Below, in pieces: positions 1-9,538 of a stretch of 59,518 nucleotides of DNA (positions are counted from its first letter, which is position 1; each line of letters starts with the position of its first letter). Location: the NCBI GenBank assembly GCA_018691345.1, contig JABGTJ010000062.1, forward strand, positions 1-59,518. The letters are read 5' to 3'. The notes below the pieces were generated by a model that did not search any database, had not been told where the DNA came from, and saw only the letters and a program-made list of their open reading frames with translations. The position numbers and the translations under genes were made by a program. Source of the stretch: Methanobacteriota archaeon (GTDB lineage Archaea > Thermoplasmatota > Poseidoniia > Poseidoniales > Poseidoniaceae).

Positions 1-54
1 CGCGGGTGGTTCATCAAGATGCCTCTTGAAATCGAAGAAAAAAAGAAGCCAAAA

Positions 55-723
55 TCATTCTTCTTGTCCCAATGTAATCGCTTGGAAATCTGGCCATTCA
101 ACGCCGAAGTTTAACGCTTTGAACTCGAGTTTCGACTGGCAACCGAGCAAATCAAAACGCAAATAGGATTTACCATCACGTACAACTCCATAGATCTGAA
201 CAAAGCAATTACCGTTGAATCGTTTCAAGGCCATGCATGTTTGAGAAAAGCGTGTCGTTTTGATATCCCAGTCGTGAAGTGCCTGACTTGGTAGTTTTTG
301 CTTGGCATCCCACTCTCTTTCGAAAACGTATCCTGAATCTCGGAAGATAAAATCGAGTGCCTTTACCAAAACATAGACCGATATTCCAGAGTATACAAGT
401 CCGAAAACTACGGAAACTGTTTCTTGTGCGACCAGCGCCCAAACCATGACTCCGAAGCAGATGGAGACCAAGCCAACACCAACTTTGGATGCATTCAGTG
501 TACCAAACCGGCTCGACACACCTGCCAATCCACCCATGAGCATAAGCAACATACTCGCTGCACCAAGCCATGGGATGTATTCCTGCGATGCACCAAACAA
601 CCAACACATGAAGGCGAATCCGAGTGGAAGTAAACCCCATGCGATTGGGTAGAGTACCCGTGACGGACGTCGTGTTAACTCGACTTGAGTCCAGCCAAAT
701 GTGCGCATTTTACGGACATCCAT
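55..723 (-). CDS. Hypothetical membrane protein (about 4 TM helices plus a soluble C-terminal domain)
   Basis: 222-aa ORF with four hydrophobic stretches, directly downstream of gcvPB on the same strand. Confidence 0.7.
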   Translation of the reverse strand: MDVRKMRTFGWTQVELTRRPSRVLYPIAWGLLPLGFAFMCWLFGASQEYIPWLGAASMLLMLMGGLAGVSSRFGTLNASKVGVGLVSICFGVMVWALVAQETVSVVFGLVYSGISVYVLVKALDFIFRDSGYVFEREWDAKQKLPSQALHDWDIKTTRFSQTCMALKRFNGNCFVQIYGVVRDGKSYLRFDLLGCQSKLEFKALNFGVEWPDFQAITLGQEE

Positions 724-758
724 GCCCGTGCTACCTCGGTGCGATATATACGCATTTC

Positions 759-2258
759 TTATTCATCGTCGTACGGATGTCGCAAACAAAGGTTACGAGC
801 AGCATAGACCTCGTCAACACGGCGGACCGGTGTGGTAATCGGTGCGGCATGAAGGGTTTCTGCATCAACTTGCAACACTTCAGCGAAATGGGTGGCGAAG
901 GTATCGAGTGTGTCTTTACTCTCCGTTTCTGTAGGCTCAACCATCATACACTCTGGTACAACCAGTGGGAAGTAAACGGTTGGTGCCATGTATCCCATAT
1001 CCAGCAAGCCTTTGGCTACATCCATAGCCGAAATGCCATGTGCTTCTTTGGCTGGTGCAAGGGAAAGAGTGAATTCATGCTTAGCAACCTTTGCTTCGGC
1101 ACCGTCGACAACCAGAGAATCAACACCGGCTTCTTTGGTAGCCTTGTGGATGGCGTGACGTAGATAATTCGCATTGAGCACTGCATGTTCTGACATCGTG
1201 CGTAGACCACGGCCGTAGCGTCGGTAGTACGCCCAACATCGAATGATTGCACCGGCATTGCCGTGCCATTGCTGCACCTTTCCAATGGTGTGTGTTGGTT
1301 GGTACCAATGATACCAATTCTCATCAACAGCTGTTTCCAACTCATCACTGGCTGCAGCGCGCTTGCCAACCAACGGGCCGGGCAAGAAATCAGCAAGATG
1401 TGATTTAACACCAATCGGGCCAGAACCGGGCCCGCCGCCACCGTGGGGTTGACTGAAGGTTTTGTGGAGGTTGAAGTGAACAGCATCAAAGCCCATCAAT
1501 CCGGGAGAAGTAATTCCCAAAATGGCATTGAAGTTCGCTCCATCGTAGTACATTTGACCGCCGACGTCATGAATGATTGACGAGGCTTCCAAAATGTCCT
1601 CTTCAAACAATCCGAGGGTATTTGGATTCGTGATCATCATCACTGCAATGGTATCGTCAGCAACTGCACGTAGAGCGTCTAAATCGATTCGTCCATCGAC
1701 GCGACTTGGGATTTCGACAATCTCAAATCCACACATTGCTGCACTGGCAGGGTTGGTTCCGTGAGCGGAGTCAGGGACAATCACCTTGGTACGCTGGTCT
1801 TCACCACGCAGTCGGAAATATTCTTGAATGCATCGAACAGCAGTGAATTCACCTTGAGCACCAGCAACTGGTTGGAGGGTGACTTGGTCCATTCCCGCAC
1901 AGACTTCGAGCATGTATTGCATCTCGTAATAGATCGCCAATAGCCCCTGAAGGTGGTGTTCGGGTTGATGCGGGTGGATGTCAGCAATTCCCGGGATTTG
2001 AGCAATCACTTCGTTGACACGAGGATTATGCTTCATTGTACACGAACCGAGTGGGTAGAATCCCGTATCGATTCCAAAGTTTCTCTTCGAAAGCCAAGTG
2101 TAATGACGCACCATTTCGGGTTCAGAGAGCCGAGGCCATCGCGGGAGTTCCTTTCGACTCAATCCAGAAGGAAGAGAGATTTCTGAGGCGGGCAAAACAG
2201 GAGCGGGTTGTGAATATCCTTGTCCTTTGGCTCCGTTGTGGTCAAACAGATGACTCAT
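759..2258 (-). CDS. gcvPB: Glycine dehydrogenase (decarboxylating) subunit 2
   Basis: Motifs YPLGSCTMK, SAHGTNPASA, HFNLHKTF (PLP Lys), GGGGPGSGP; start trimmed to the ATG at 2258, which overlaps the gcvPA stop (ATGA). Confidence 0.96.
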   Translation of the reverse strand: MSHLFDHNGAKGQGYSQPAPVLPASEISLPSGLSRKELPRWPRLSEPEMVRHYTWLSKRNFGIDTGFYPLGSCTMKHNPRVNEVIAQIPGIADIHPHQPEHHLQGLLAIYYEMQYMLEVCAGMDQVTLQPVAGAQGEFTAVRCIQEYFRLRGEDQRTKVIVPDSAHGTNPASAAMCGFEIVEIPSRVDGRIDLDALRAVADDTIAVMMITNPNTLGLFEEDILEASSIIHDVGGQMYYDGANFNAILGITSPGLMGFDAVHFNLHKTFSQPHGGGGPGSGPIGVKSHLADFLPGPLVGKRAAASDELETAVDENWYHWYQPTHTIGKVQQWHGNAGAIIRCWAYYRRYGRGLRTMSEHAVLNANYLRHAIHKATKEAGVDSLVVDGAEAKVAKHEFTLSLAPAKEAHGISAMDVAKGLLDMGYMAPTVYFPLVVPECMMVEPTETESKDTLDTFATHFAEVLQVDAETLHAAPITTPVRRVDEVYAARNLCLRHPYDDE

Positions 2259-3631
2259 GCTGCCACCTCCAATGTTGAAATCCATCCTGAGAGATGCTTG
2301 ACCAAGAGGTCGATGTCCTGAACCTGTGTCTGGTCTGTAAACGTCACCAGCAACCAGTTTGTACGGGTTGGATACCATGATGCGAGATTGAATCCTCCGA
2401 CGATACCAACTGCGTCAAGATATTCAAGACAATCTTGGGTTGAACCTGGCAACTGAATCGCAAATTCGTTGAAGTGATCGCCGTTTGAGTGTGGCATTTG
2501 AATGCCCTCAACCGTAGCAAGTTTTTGCTTACCCATGAGGCAAGCAGTCATGTTTCGTACTGCAAGGTCATAGAGACCTTCGGGTCCGAGCAATGCCATG
2601 TGCATTGCGCCCATGAGAGCAATAAGCGTCTCATTCGTACAGATGTTCGAAGTAGCTCTGTGTCGGCGAATGTGTTGCTCACGGGTCGAAAGGGTTAGAC
2701 AGTAAGCAGTTTTTCCATCGACGTCGATACTCCGACCGACAATACGCCCAGGCATCAGTCGCAGATATGGCTTGGAGCAAGCGAAGATTCCGTAGATTGG
2801 TCCACCGCCGGTAATCGGGCTTCCTAAAGGCTGTCCTTCTCCGACAACAATGTCTGCACCGTAGTGACCAGGTGCTTCAACCAAGCCCAATGAAACAGGT
2901 TGAACGCCGACAATAAGTGCCGTGTGTTCGCCCAGAATTTCTTTCAATTGAGTCACGCCGCCGTCGAGAAGGCCAAGAGGGTTCGGCTGCTCGACGTAAA
3001 CGCCACATGAACCGATTGCTTCTGAGACGGAGTCCATGTCCAGTGTTCCATCGTCGAGATGACGTAGTAATTTGATTTTGATTTCAGCGCCTTGGCAATA
3101 ATTTTCCATCACCGAAAAGCGGTCTGGTGGCGTAAGTTCCGACACATAGACGGTGTCTTTTTGAGTTGCTTTGCGTGTGTGAACACGTACACTGCAGGTC
3201 AATGCCTCAGCAGCAGCAGTCGAACCATCGTAGAGTGAAAGGTTGGCAATTGGTAAGCCAACCAATTCCGAAATGAGCGTTTGGAACTCCCACATGGCTT
3301 GCAACATACCTTGACTCACTTCTGGCTGGTATGGAGTGTATGCGGTGAGGAATTCCCCTCTGGTCACCAGTTGGAATACGGCAGCCGGAACGTAATTCCG
3401 ATACAGGCCGGCACCCAAGAATGAAACGCGCTCACCAAGAGCAACGTTTGAGCCCAACAACCGACGGGCGTCGGATAGAATCTCTTCTTCAGACTGTGGA
3501 GGGGGAAGTGGAAGATCTCCTTTCATCCGAACTTCAGATGGAATGTCAGCGAACAGTTCCTCTATTGAGGTCATGCCCATGGCAGCAAGCATTTCGGCTT
3601 CTCGGCCCAAGTTCGGTAATTGGTCTACCAT
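2255..3631 (-). CDS. gcvPA: Glycine dehydrogenase (decarboxylating) subunit 1
   Basis: Motifs EFLTAYTPYQPEVSQG, MPGRIVG, TREQHIRR..ATSNICTN. Confidence 0.96.
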   Translation of the reverse strand: MVDQLPNLGREAEMLAAMGMTSIEELFADIPSEVRMKGDLPLPPPQSEEEILSDARRLLGSNVALGERVSFLGAGLYRNYVPAAVFQLVTRGEFLTAYTPYQPEVSQGMLQAMWEFQTLISELVGLPIANLSLYDGSTAAAEALTCSVRVHTRKATQKDTVYVSELTPPDRFSVMENYCQGAEIKIKLLRHLDDGTLDMDSVSEAIGSCGVYVEQPNPLGLLDGGVTQLKEILGEHTALIVGVQPVSLGLVEAPGHYGADIVVGEGQPLGSPITGGGPIYGIFACSKPYLRLMPGRIVGRSIDVDGKTAYCLTLSTREQHIRRHRATSNICTNETLIALMGAMHMALLGPEGLYDLAVRNMTACLMGKQKLATVEGIQMPHSNGDHFNEFAIQLPGSTQDCLEYLDAVGIVGGFNLASWYPTRTNWLLVTFTDQTQVQDIDLLVKHLSGWISTLEVAA

Positions 3632-3753
3632 ATCATCACTCTCTCGTTCGGGTGTGACTTAAACCAAGCGCGAGACGCCCTTAATTGTCGCTCTTCTGAA
3701 CGATGGGTGTCGCTCGCCGAATACATCATGTTCTGGGGTTGCATCGTCGTGTC

Positions 3754-4890
3754 ATGGCGCGCATTGCAATGGTAGTCACCAATGCTTGTTCACCAGACCC
3801 ACGAGTCATCCGACACGCAAGGTGGCTGGTGCAGGAGGGTCACGAAGTTACCGTCCACGCCTTTGACCGCCAACAAGAATTTACCATGAGCGAGTCGATT
3901 GATGGCGTTCGCCTAATGCGTTACCACTTGGGGAATACTCCGTACGGGGGACTTGTCAATACTGCAATGGGTTTGAGGAAATTCCTCAACCAAGTGTTGA
4001 GAAGTCTTGCAAACGAACCACCTAACATTGTTTACTGCCACGATGCAGATACCCTCAGCATCGGTTGTTCGATGAAAAAGAAGCATTCCATCCCTTTTAT
4101 TTTCGATATGCATGATTTGCACCATACTTGGATACTCATGCCAGCACCTCGATCATTGGTTCGGAAAACAATATCAAAGCGTCTTGAGAAGCGAATGCTC
4201 CGAAGAATCAGAATGGCAGACCACATCATCACATCGAGTGGGAAGATTGGTAAAAACGGCGTTTATTCTGGATTCAGAGAATATCTTCAACAACATGGCC
4301 ATAAATCAACGGTCATCGAGAATAGGCCAATGGTGAACCGAACGCTGGAAACCAATCCAAAATCCCCCTGGTGCGTTGGTTATCTCGGGCGTGTCCGAGA
4401 GGTGCAACCCTTTCAACAACTCCTCGAGAGTGTACTTTCCATGGAAAAGGAAAACCGTCCAAGTATTCGGATTGCCGGTGATGGAGTCGCCTATGAGGAT
4501 GTGTTCCAGTTACTTGAGCAAGCCCAGTCAGAGCACGAGATTCAATGTAAAATGAGTGGAGCCTTCGGTTCAGATCAATTTCATGAATTAATTCAAGATG
4601 TGGATGTCATGTATGCCATGTACCGCCCAGATCGTGGAAACATCATGCAAGGTGCAATACCTGTCAAGATGTTTGATGCTGCTGCGTATGGGGTGCCATC
4701 CGTTGTCAACAGCGGTTGCCTTATGGGTGAATTAGCCGAAACTGAAGAGATCGGGATTGGTGTAAAGTGGATGGACACTGAAGGATTGACTCAAGCACTC
4801 ATGCAGTTAAAATCAACACATGTGCAGTTGAATACTGGTTCTGAGCGTGAACGATTGAAATTTATTGAGGCTTTAAATCCGCTCTTGTGA
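3754..4890 (+). CDS. Glycosyltransferase family 4 (GT-B)
   Basis: N-terminal DPRV..A..L...GHEV, YCHDADTL, FDMHD, C-terminal PVKMFDAAAYGVP; start trimmed to ATG 3754. Confidence 0.88.
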   Translation: MARIAMVVTNACSPDPRVIRHARWLVQEGHEVTVHAFDRQQEFTMSESIDGVRLMRYHLGNTPYGGLVNTAMGLRKFLNQVLRSLANEPPNIVYCHDADTLSIGCSMKKKHSIPFIFDMHDLHHTWILMPAPRSLVRKTISKRLEKRMLRRIRMADHIITSSGKIGKNGVYSGFREYLQQHGHKSTVIENRPMVNRTLETNPKSPWCVGYLGRVREVQPFQQLLESVLSMEKENRPSIRIAGDGVAYEDVFQLLEQAQSEHEIQCKMSGAFGSDQFHELIQDVDVMYAMYRPDRGNIMQGAIPVKMFDAAAYGVPSVVNSGCLMGELAETEEIGIGVKWMDTEGLTQALMQLKSTHVQLNTGSERERLKFIEALNPLL

Positions 4891-4891
4891 T

Positions 4892-6010
4892 TCAAACAAA
4901 AGGTGGACGAACAACAACTGCCTTCACCGATTTTCGTGGACTTGCAACAATCAGAACCTCGTCCCCTTCGTGAACGGATTGAAGGTATCCAATTCCAATC
5001 CCAACGTTATCAAGGCTAGGTGCTGGAGCACCGGATGAAAGCGTTCCAAGTGGCGACCCATCGAGCGTTGTCACTTGTTTACCAGGCCTGGGCAACGGAC
5101 CCTTTTCGACATAGCGAATACCCCACCAGCGTGCGTCTCCTTCATCGTGACTTGTGACTCGGTGCTTTCCAACAAACTCATGCTCCAAATCCAACCCAAA
5201 CGGAACATTGGTTTCCCAAGAGTCACGTGTGAGGAACGTAGCATCATCTACCTCCGACAGTGGAGGCCAACAGAAGTCGACTCCAGAAAGTAAGAACCCC
5301 TTCTCAAGCCGAAGGGTATCGCGAGCACCCAAACCGATTGGAACCGAACCGGCTTTAACGAGATGACGCCACAGGAGAGGTGCTTGGTGGTTTGGTACAA
5401 AGATTTCATATCCTGCTTCACCGGTGTATCCAGTACCCTGAATCCATCCTTCGATACCGAGCGAGTTTTCTGCGATACGTTGCCACTTGAAACGTCCGAC
5501 GTGATTCGATTCTCCAAGGACATTACTCAGAAGAATTTTGGCATCGGGCCCTTGAAGTGCCATGATGGATGTTTCATCGGATAAGTTTTCGAGCACTATG
5601 GAACCATCGTCTGGCAAATGCGTTGTGAACCATTCCCACATGACGCCAATCATTGAAGCATTTGGCACACCGAGGATTTCACTGTCCGATACAACAGCAA
5701 AAATCATGTCATCAATTAGATGGCCATTTTCATCGAGAAAATGTGTGTATGCGCAGCGAGGAGCTTGTACGGACGTCACTCGTTGGGTGGCTAAGGACTC
5801 CAACCACTCTTTGACGCTTGCACCGCTAAAGCGAAATGAGCCCATGTGCGATACATCGAAAATTCCGGCCGTTGCACGGGTTGCGAGGTGTTCCTCTTTG
5901 ATACTTGAATACCAAATCGGCAATTCAAAACCATGAAAGTCCACAAGGTTGGCACTGAGGGCGACGTGTTCATCGTAAAGTGCAGTTCGAACCGGAGGTG
6001 CATCGCTCAT
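4892..6010 (-). CDS. gcvT: Glycine cleavage system aminomethyltransferase T
   Basis: RTALYDEH, FDVSHMG, ALQGP, GYTGEAGYE, GLGARDTLRLEKG. Confidence 0.96.
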   Translation of the reverse strand: MSDAPPVRTALYDEHVALSANLVDFHGFELPIWYSSIKEEHLATRATAGIFDVSHMGSFRFSGASVKEWLESLATQRVTSVQAPRCAYTHFLDENGHLIDDMIFAVVSDSEILGVPNASMIGVMWEWFTTHLPDDGSIVLENLSDETSIMALQGPDAKILLSNVLGESNHVGRFKWQRIAENSLGIEGWIQGTGYTGEAGYEIFVPNHQAPLLWRHLVKAGSVPIGLGARDTLRLEKGFLLSGVDFCWPPLSEVDDATFLTRDSWETNVPFGLDLEHEFVGKHRVTSHDEGDARWWGIRYVEKGPLPRPGKQVTTLDGSPLGTLSSGAPAPSLDNVGIGIGYLQSVHEGDEVLIVASPRKSVKAVVVRPPFV

Positions 6011-6063
6011 GAATTACGCACGGAAAGCCGCTCCTTAAACTCAAGCAAGAGCCGCTATGAAAA

Positions 6064-7710
6064 TTACGTTTGGCAATATGCAAACTTTTTGTTCATTGTC
6101 AGTGCCTCATGGTGTATCAAAAGTGGCAAAACGTCCTGACCATCTGACCATTGACCCATATCGGTAAGAACAGGACTATTCAAGAGGTGTTCGTAGGCCC
6201 ATGATTCGGTAAATACATCACCACGGCTACGAGCCACAACCCAATCTGCCTGTGCATCGATACGCCGATAAATCCCCCAATCGGCTAACGTATCGTGTAC
6301 GGAATTTGTCGGTAAATAATGCGTTCCAACCAATCGTGGATAGCCGTACAAATCACTTTGCAATTCGATGAACAAAACATGCTCTTGAGGTAGCATTGAA
6401 AAAACTGCTTGGTGATGCACGCTGTAGCAGGGGTCGACGGACATGTCGTCAATCCCCTGTGCAAGATGAATGAGGGTTGAATCGGGAAGTCTCGACATGT
6501 TTGGTTGGAGCTCAGGATGGCTGGGGCGAGTCCAAGCGGATTCAAAGTCTAAGAAAAGCGTCTCATTCCCCCAATTGCGTTCCAATGATTCATACAAACT
6601 CAAAAACACATATGCGCCTCCAAGACTGTGTCCTCCGATCCATAGATGCGATGGATCAATCGAATGATTTCCGAGAACTTGGTCGACAACTTCAGAGCGC
6701 TCAGCGCCAAACGCCACGCTCTCGATTTCATCAAAGGCTGCATTGAAAGCAAGAGCACGGTAGGCATGATGCGGCCAATTCGATGCTCCCTCCACATCTG
6801 TGGCCTCAAAACCATCGGGTATGTCTGGACTGATGTCCGAGGGATATTGAATGAAAGCGACTGCCATCCCCTTTGCGGAAAGATGGGCGATCCAATCGGT
6901 GTACTCTTCGTATGTTGGATAACCCCAGCCGTGTGTTAGAATGGCAAGAGGGACCGAATCGAGTACAATATCTTCTGGCAGCAGAGGTAAAGTGAGGTAG
7001 ACGGAGAAGTCAATGTCTGCCTCGGTTGAGTCTTGAATCTCCAGAACTTCCTCTGGCATTGCGTAGGGGTGAATGGACATTGTTGTTTCAAACGGCCCTG
7101 GCTCGGCACCGTACCCGAGAATTGGCGCGTCTGGAGGTGAAGGGGCTATGCCAATCAATGCAGGAATCCCTGGCATGACAAGCCATGCTGCGAAGAAGAC
7201 CCCCGCAATGTGAACAACATGCTTGCTTATTGTGCCAACGGATGATTCACGTGGTATGTGGGGGAATCCGCCAACCATCAGCAGCAATCCGAGTAAAAGG
7301 AAACCATAGGCTGTTGGTAACAAAAGGAAGGCCCCTCTAAGGTAAAAAATGTCAAGGGCAAAATAAAGCACGATGAAGCCTGTGAGAAGTCCGAGAAGTC
7401 CCAGGCCGATTCCATTCGCCCATTTCGGGTTGACATTTCCTTTCATGTGACGCTGCAAGACGATGAATGTTGCAAACATGAGCACACTTGCTCCGAGTGT
7501 GAAGATGAGCAAATTCCCGCGTAGAAACATTGTCCATTGGAGAGTTCGGTATGCGTAAGGCCATATTGCATCGCTCACGTCGTATCCAGCGTACGAGCGT
7601 AATACAGGTTCAATTACTGAAAGCAGTAAACCAGCAAAAAATGCGACAATGAGGAATACCTCACTTTCATAGAACCGTTGCCACTTCGAGGCCTGCGGCA
7701 ACTCCTCCAT
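6064..7710 (-). CDS. Membrane-anchored alpha/beta hydrolase (about 5 N-terminal TM helices plus an esterase/lipase domain)
   Basis: Hydrophobic N-terminus, HGWG oxyanion-like motif, GHSLGG nucleophile elbow, candidate Asp (GIDD) and His (GTHY); start uncertain (7710 or 7752). Confidence 0.78.
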   Translation of the reverse strand: MEELPQASKWQRFYESEVFLIVAFFAGLLLSVIEPVLRSYAGYDVSDAIWPYAYRTLQWTMFLRGNLLIFTLGASVLMFATFIVLQRHMKGNVNPKWANGIGLGLLGLLTGFIVLYFALDIFYLRGAFLLLPTAYGFLLLGLLLMVGGFPHIPRESSVGTISKHVVHIAGVFFAAWLVMPGIPALIGIAPSPPDAPILGYGAEPGPFETTMSIHPYAMPEEVLEIQDSTEADIDFSVYLTLPLLPEDIVLDSVPLAILTHGWGYPTYEEYTDWIAHLSAKGMAVAFIQYPSDISPDIPDGFEATDVEGASNWPHHAYRALAFNAAFDEIESVAFGAERSEVVDQVLGNHSIDPSHLWIGGHSLGGAYVFLSLYESLERNWGNETLFLDFESAWTRPSHPELQPNMSRLPDSTLIHLAQGIDDMSVDPCYSVHHQAVFSMLPQEHVLFIELQSDLYGYPRLVGTHYLPTNSVHDTLADWGIYRRIDAQADWVVARSRGDVFTESWAYEHLLNSPVLTDMGQWSDGQDVLPLLIHHEALTMNKKFAYCQT

Positions 7711-7763
7711 AAACTCAATTCGAAACACATGGTTCAAAAAAGGTCGTTTCAAAAAGTGGCTCT

Positions 7764-9197
7764 TCAGTTCGGCAGTCCACGAAGAACTTCGTCACCCAGA
7801 GCGCAAATCTCTTGCGCAAGGCGTTCCAAAGACGTGTTGTTAATCTTAGGATTCGCAATAACTGCTCTGAAAATGACATCCTCGCCGAGGTTTGAACGGC
7901 TGACCATGAAGTTGCCGTTGTGCATCAACCGTTTACGCACCTCTGAATTCAGTTCGTTAAGTTCTCCAGTGTATCCTTCTGGGTTAAGACGGAAGCAAAC
8001 ATTGGTCCACATTCGTGATGACATCATCTCAAGCTGGGGGTGAGCATCGACAAGAGATTCCAAATGGGCAGCGAGGTCCATGTAGCGATCGACTTGGGCA
8101 GCCCAACCCGCATCACCACATTCTCTCCATGCAAGCCAAAGTTTGAGCGCATCATTACGGCGACCACACTGCAGTGAATACCTTCCTGCATCGATGTTGC
8201 GAGATTCTTCATGGAACAGGTAATGTGCTACATTGCCGTGTGCGCAGACACGTGCAAGCACTTCAGAGTCTTTGACCAAAAAGGCGCTGCAGATGAGCGG
8301 GATTCCCATCATTTTGTGAGCGTCCCAGCACACACTGTCTGCAAATTCTACTCCGTCCATAAGTGCCCTATGTTCGACCGAAAACTGAGAACTTCCACCC
8401 CATGCAGCATCAACGTGATGCCAAAGTCCCTCGCTGTGAGCGACATCACCAATTTGGCGAATCGGGTCGAAAGCGCCACGAACGGTGGTACCTGCCGTCG
8501 AGATGACACAAAACGGTGTGCGACCTTCACGTCGAGTTCTGTTAATCTCATCTTGAAGCGACTCGGGTTGCATGCACCCGTTGGAATCACAGGCCACTTT
8601 GATGATGTTTTGGTGGCCAATCCCAATCACGTTTGCAGCCATAAGGACTGAGTAATGCGCTTCACTCGAAACATAAGCGACAAGAGAACGGCCGTCTATT
8701 CCTGTTTGCGTGGAGGTTGGAACAATCACTTGACGAGCGCAAAGCATTCCCAGCATATTCCCATTTGAACCTCCGGTGGTTAAGGTTCCAGCTCCATCGA
8801 GGAAACCAACAAGTTCGCCCATACGCTTGACCAACGTCTGTTCGATGAGTGTTGCTAATGGAGCAAGCTCGTAGGTGTACATCGATGTATTGGTGAGCGT
8901 CGATATAATTTCACCCGCAAGTGCTGCAGTATTGATCCCTCCCCACAGTGGATTCATAAATTCAGGACGGTTTGTCTTCACACACGACAAGAGGTATGCG
9001 TCGATATCATCCAAAACTGCATCCATACCGTTCCCCTCAATTGGTAATTTGAGGTCCGAAGTTTTGGAAAGTGAAGTATGTGGGACTGGTTGGGACACCT
9101 TTCCAGGAGCATCTGCAGCGTTGAGATATTCAGTGATACGATGAGCAATGGCTCCGATGAATGCGTCCAACTCCATTTGTATCAACTCTACGAACAT
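7764..9197 (-). CDS. Group II PLP-dependent amino acid decarboxylase (GAD/CSAD/ADC-like)
   Basis: TNTSMYTYE, GGSNGN, AHYS, TAGTT..GAFD, HVDAAWGG, WDAHK (PLP Lys), LQCGRR; start set at ATG 9197. Confidence 0.9.
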   Translation of the reverse strand: MFVELIQMELDAFIGAIAHRITEYLNAADAPGKVSQPVPHTSLSKTSDLKLPIEGNGMDAVLDDIDAYLLSCVKTNRPEFMNPLWGGINTAALAGEIISTLTNTSMYTYELAPLATLIEQTLVKRMGELVGFLDGAGTLTTGGSNGNMLGMLCARQVIVPTSTQTGIDGRSLVAYVSSEAHYSVLMAANVIGIGHQNIIKVACDSNGCMQPESLQDEINRTRREGRTPFCVISTAGTTVRGAFDPIRQIGDVAHSEGLWHHVDAAWGGSSQFSVEHRALMDGVEFADSVCWDAHKMMGIPLICSAFLVKDSEVLARVCAHGNVAHYLFHEESRNIDAGRYSLQCGRRNDALKLWLAWRECGDAGWAAQVDRYMDLAAHLESLVDAHPQLEMMSSRMWTNVCFRLNPEGYTGELNELNSEVRKRLMHNGNFMVSRSNLGEDVIFRAVIANPKINNTSLERLAQEICALGDEVLRGLPN

Positions 9198-9538
9198 GGG
9201 GGGGTTTTTAGTGTTCATCAATGAAAGAAATGAAAAGCAAGATAAATACTCTACATGCAATCGGTAAATATTCGTTTATGAATTTCAATTGAAAAAATAT
9301 GCAAAGTGATTAATGCTGCACAAAGGTACAATTTTCGACGCCTATCTGATAAAAAAGCGAAAAATGGGCACGAGCCATAAGAATCTGAATCAACCTCTAC
9401 CAACCGACTGGAAAACAAGCCCCCCTTGGAATCGAATTCAGATTTTATGCCAAAAATGCTGTAAAATACCCAAAAAAGTCCATGCAAATTGCATAATATC
9501 CGAGTAACATTGAATAATAGAGTACTTGAGCGCACCAC
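9198..9538. promoter_or_regulatory. AT-rich divergent promoter region with several palindromes
   Basis: Longest intergenic gap in the window; 14 G+C in 60 nt at 9241-9300; TTTCAATTGAAA at 9283-9294; ATGCAAATTGCAT at 9482-9494; TATA-like TTGAATAA at 9510-9517. Confidence 0.6.

Noticed and set aside
2259-2378. N-terminal extension of gcvPB, and similar extensions at 23677, 55433 and 56061
   Set aside because: They overlap neighbouring genes or promoters; downstream ATGs match family N-termini
9300-9538. TPP riboswitch upstream of thiR-thiBPQ
   Set aside because: No CTGAGA or ACCTGA...GCGNAGG core motifs seen; the thiR-thiB gap is only 2 bp
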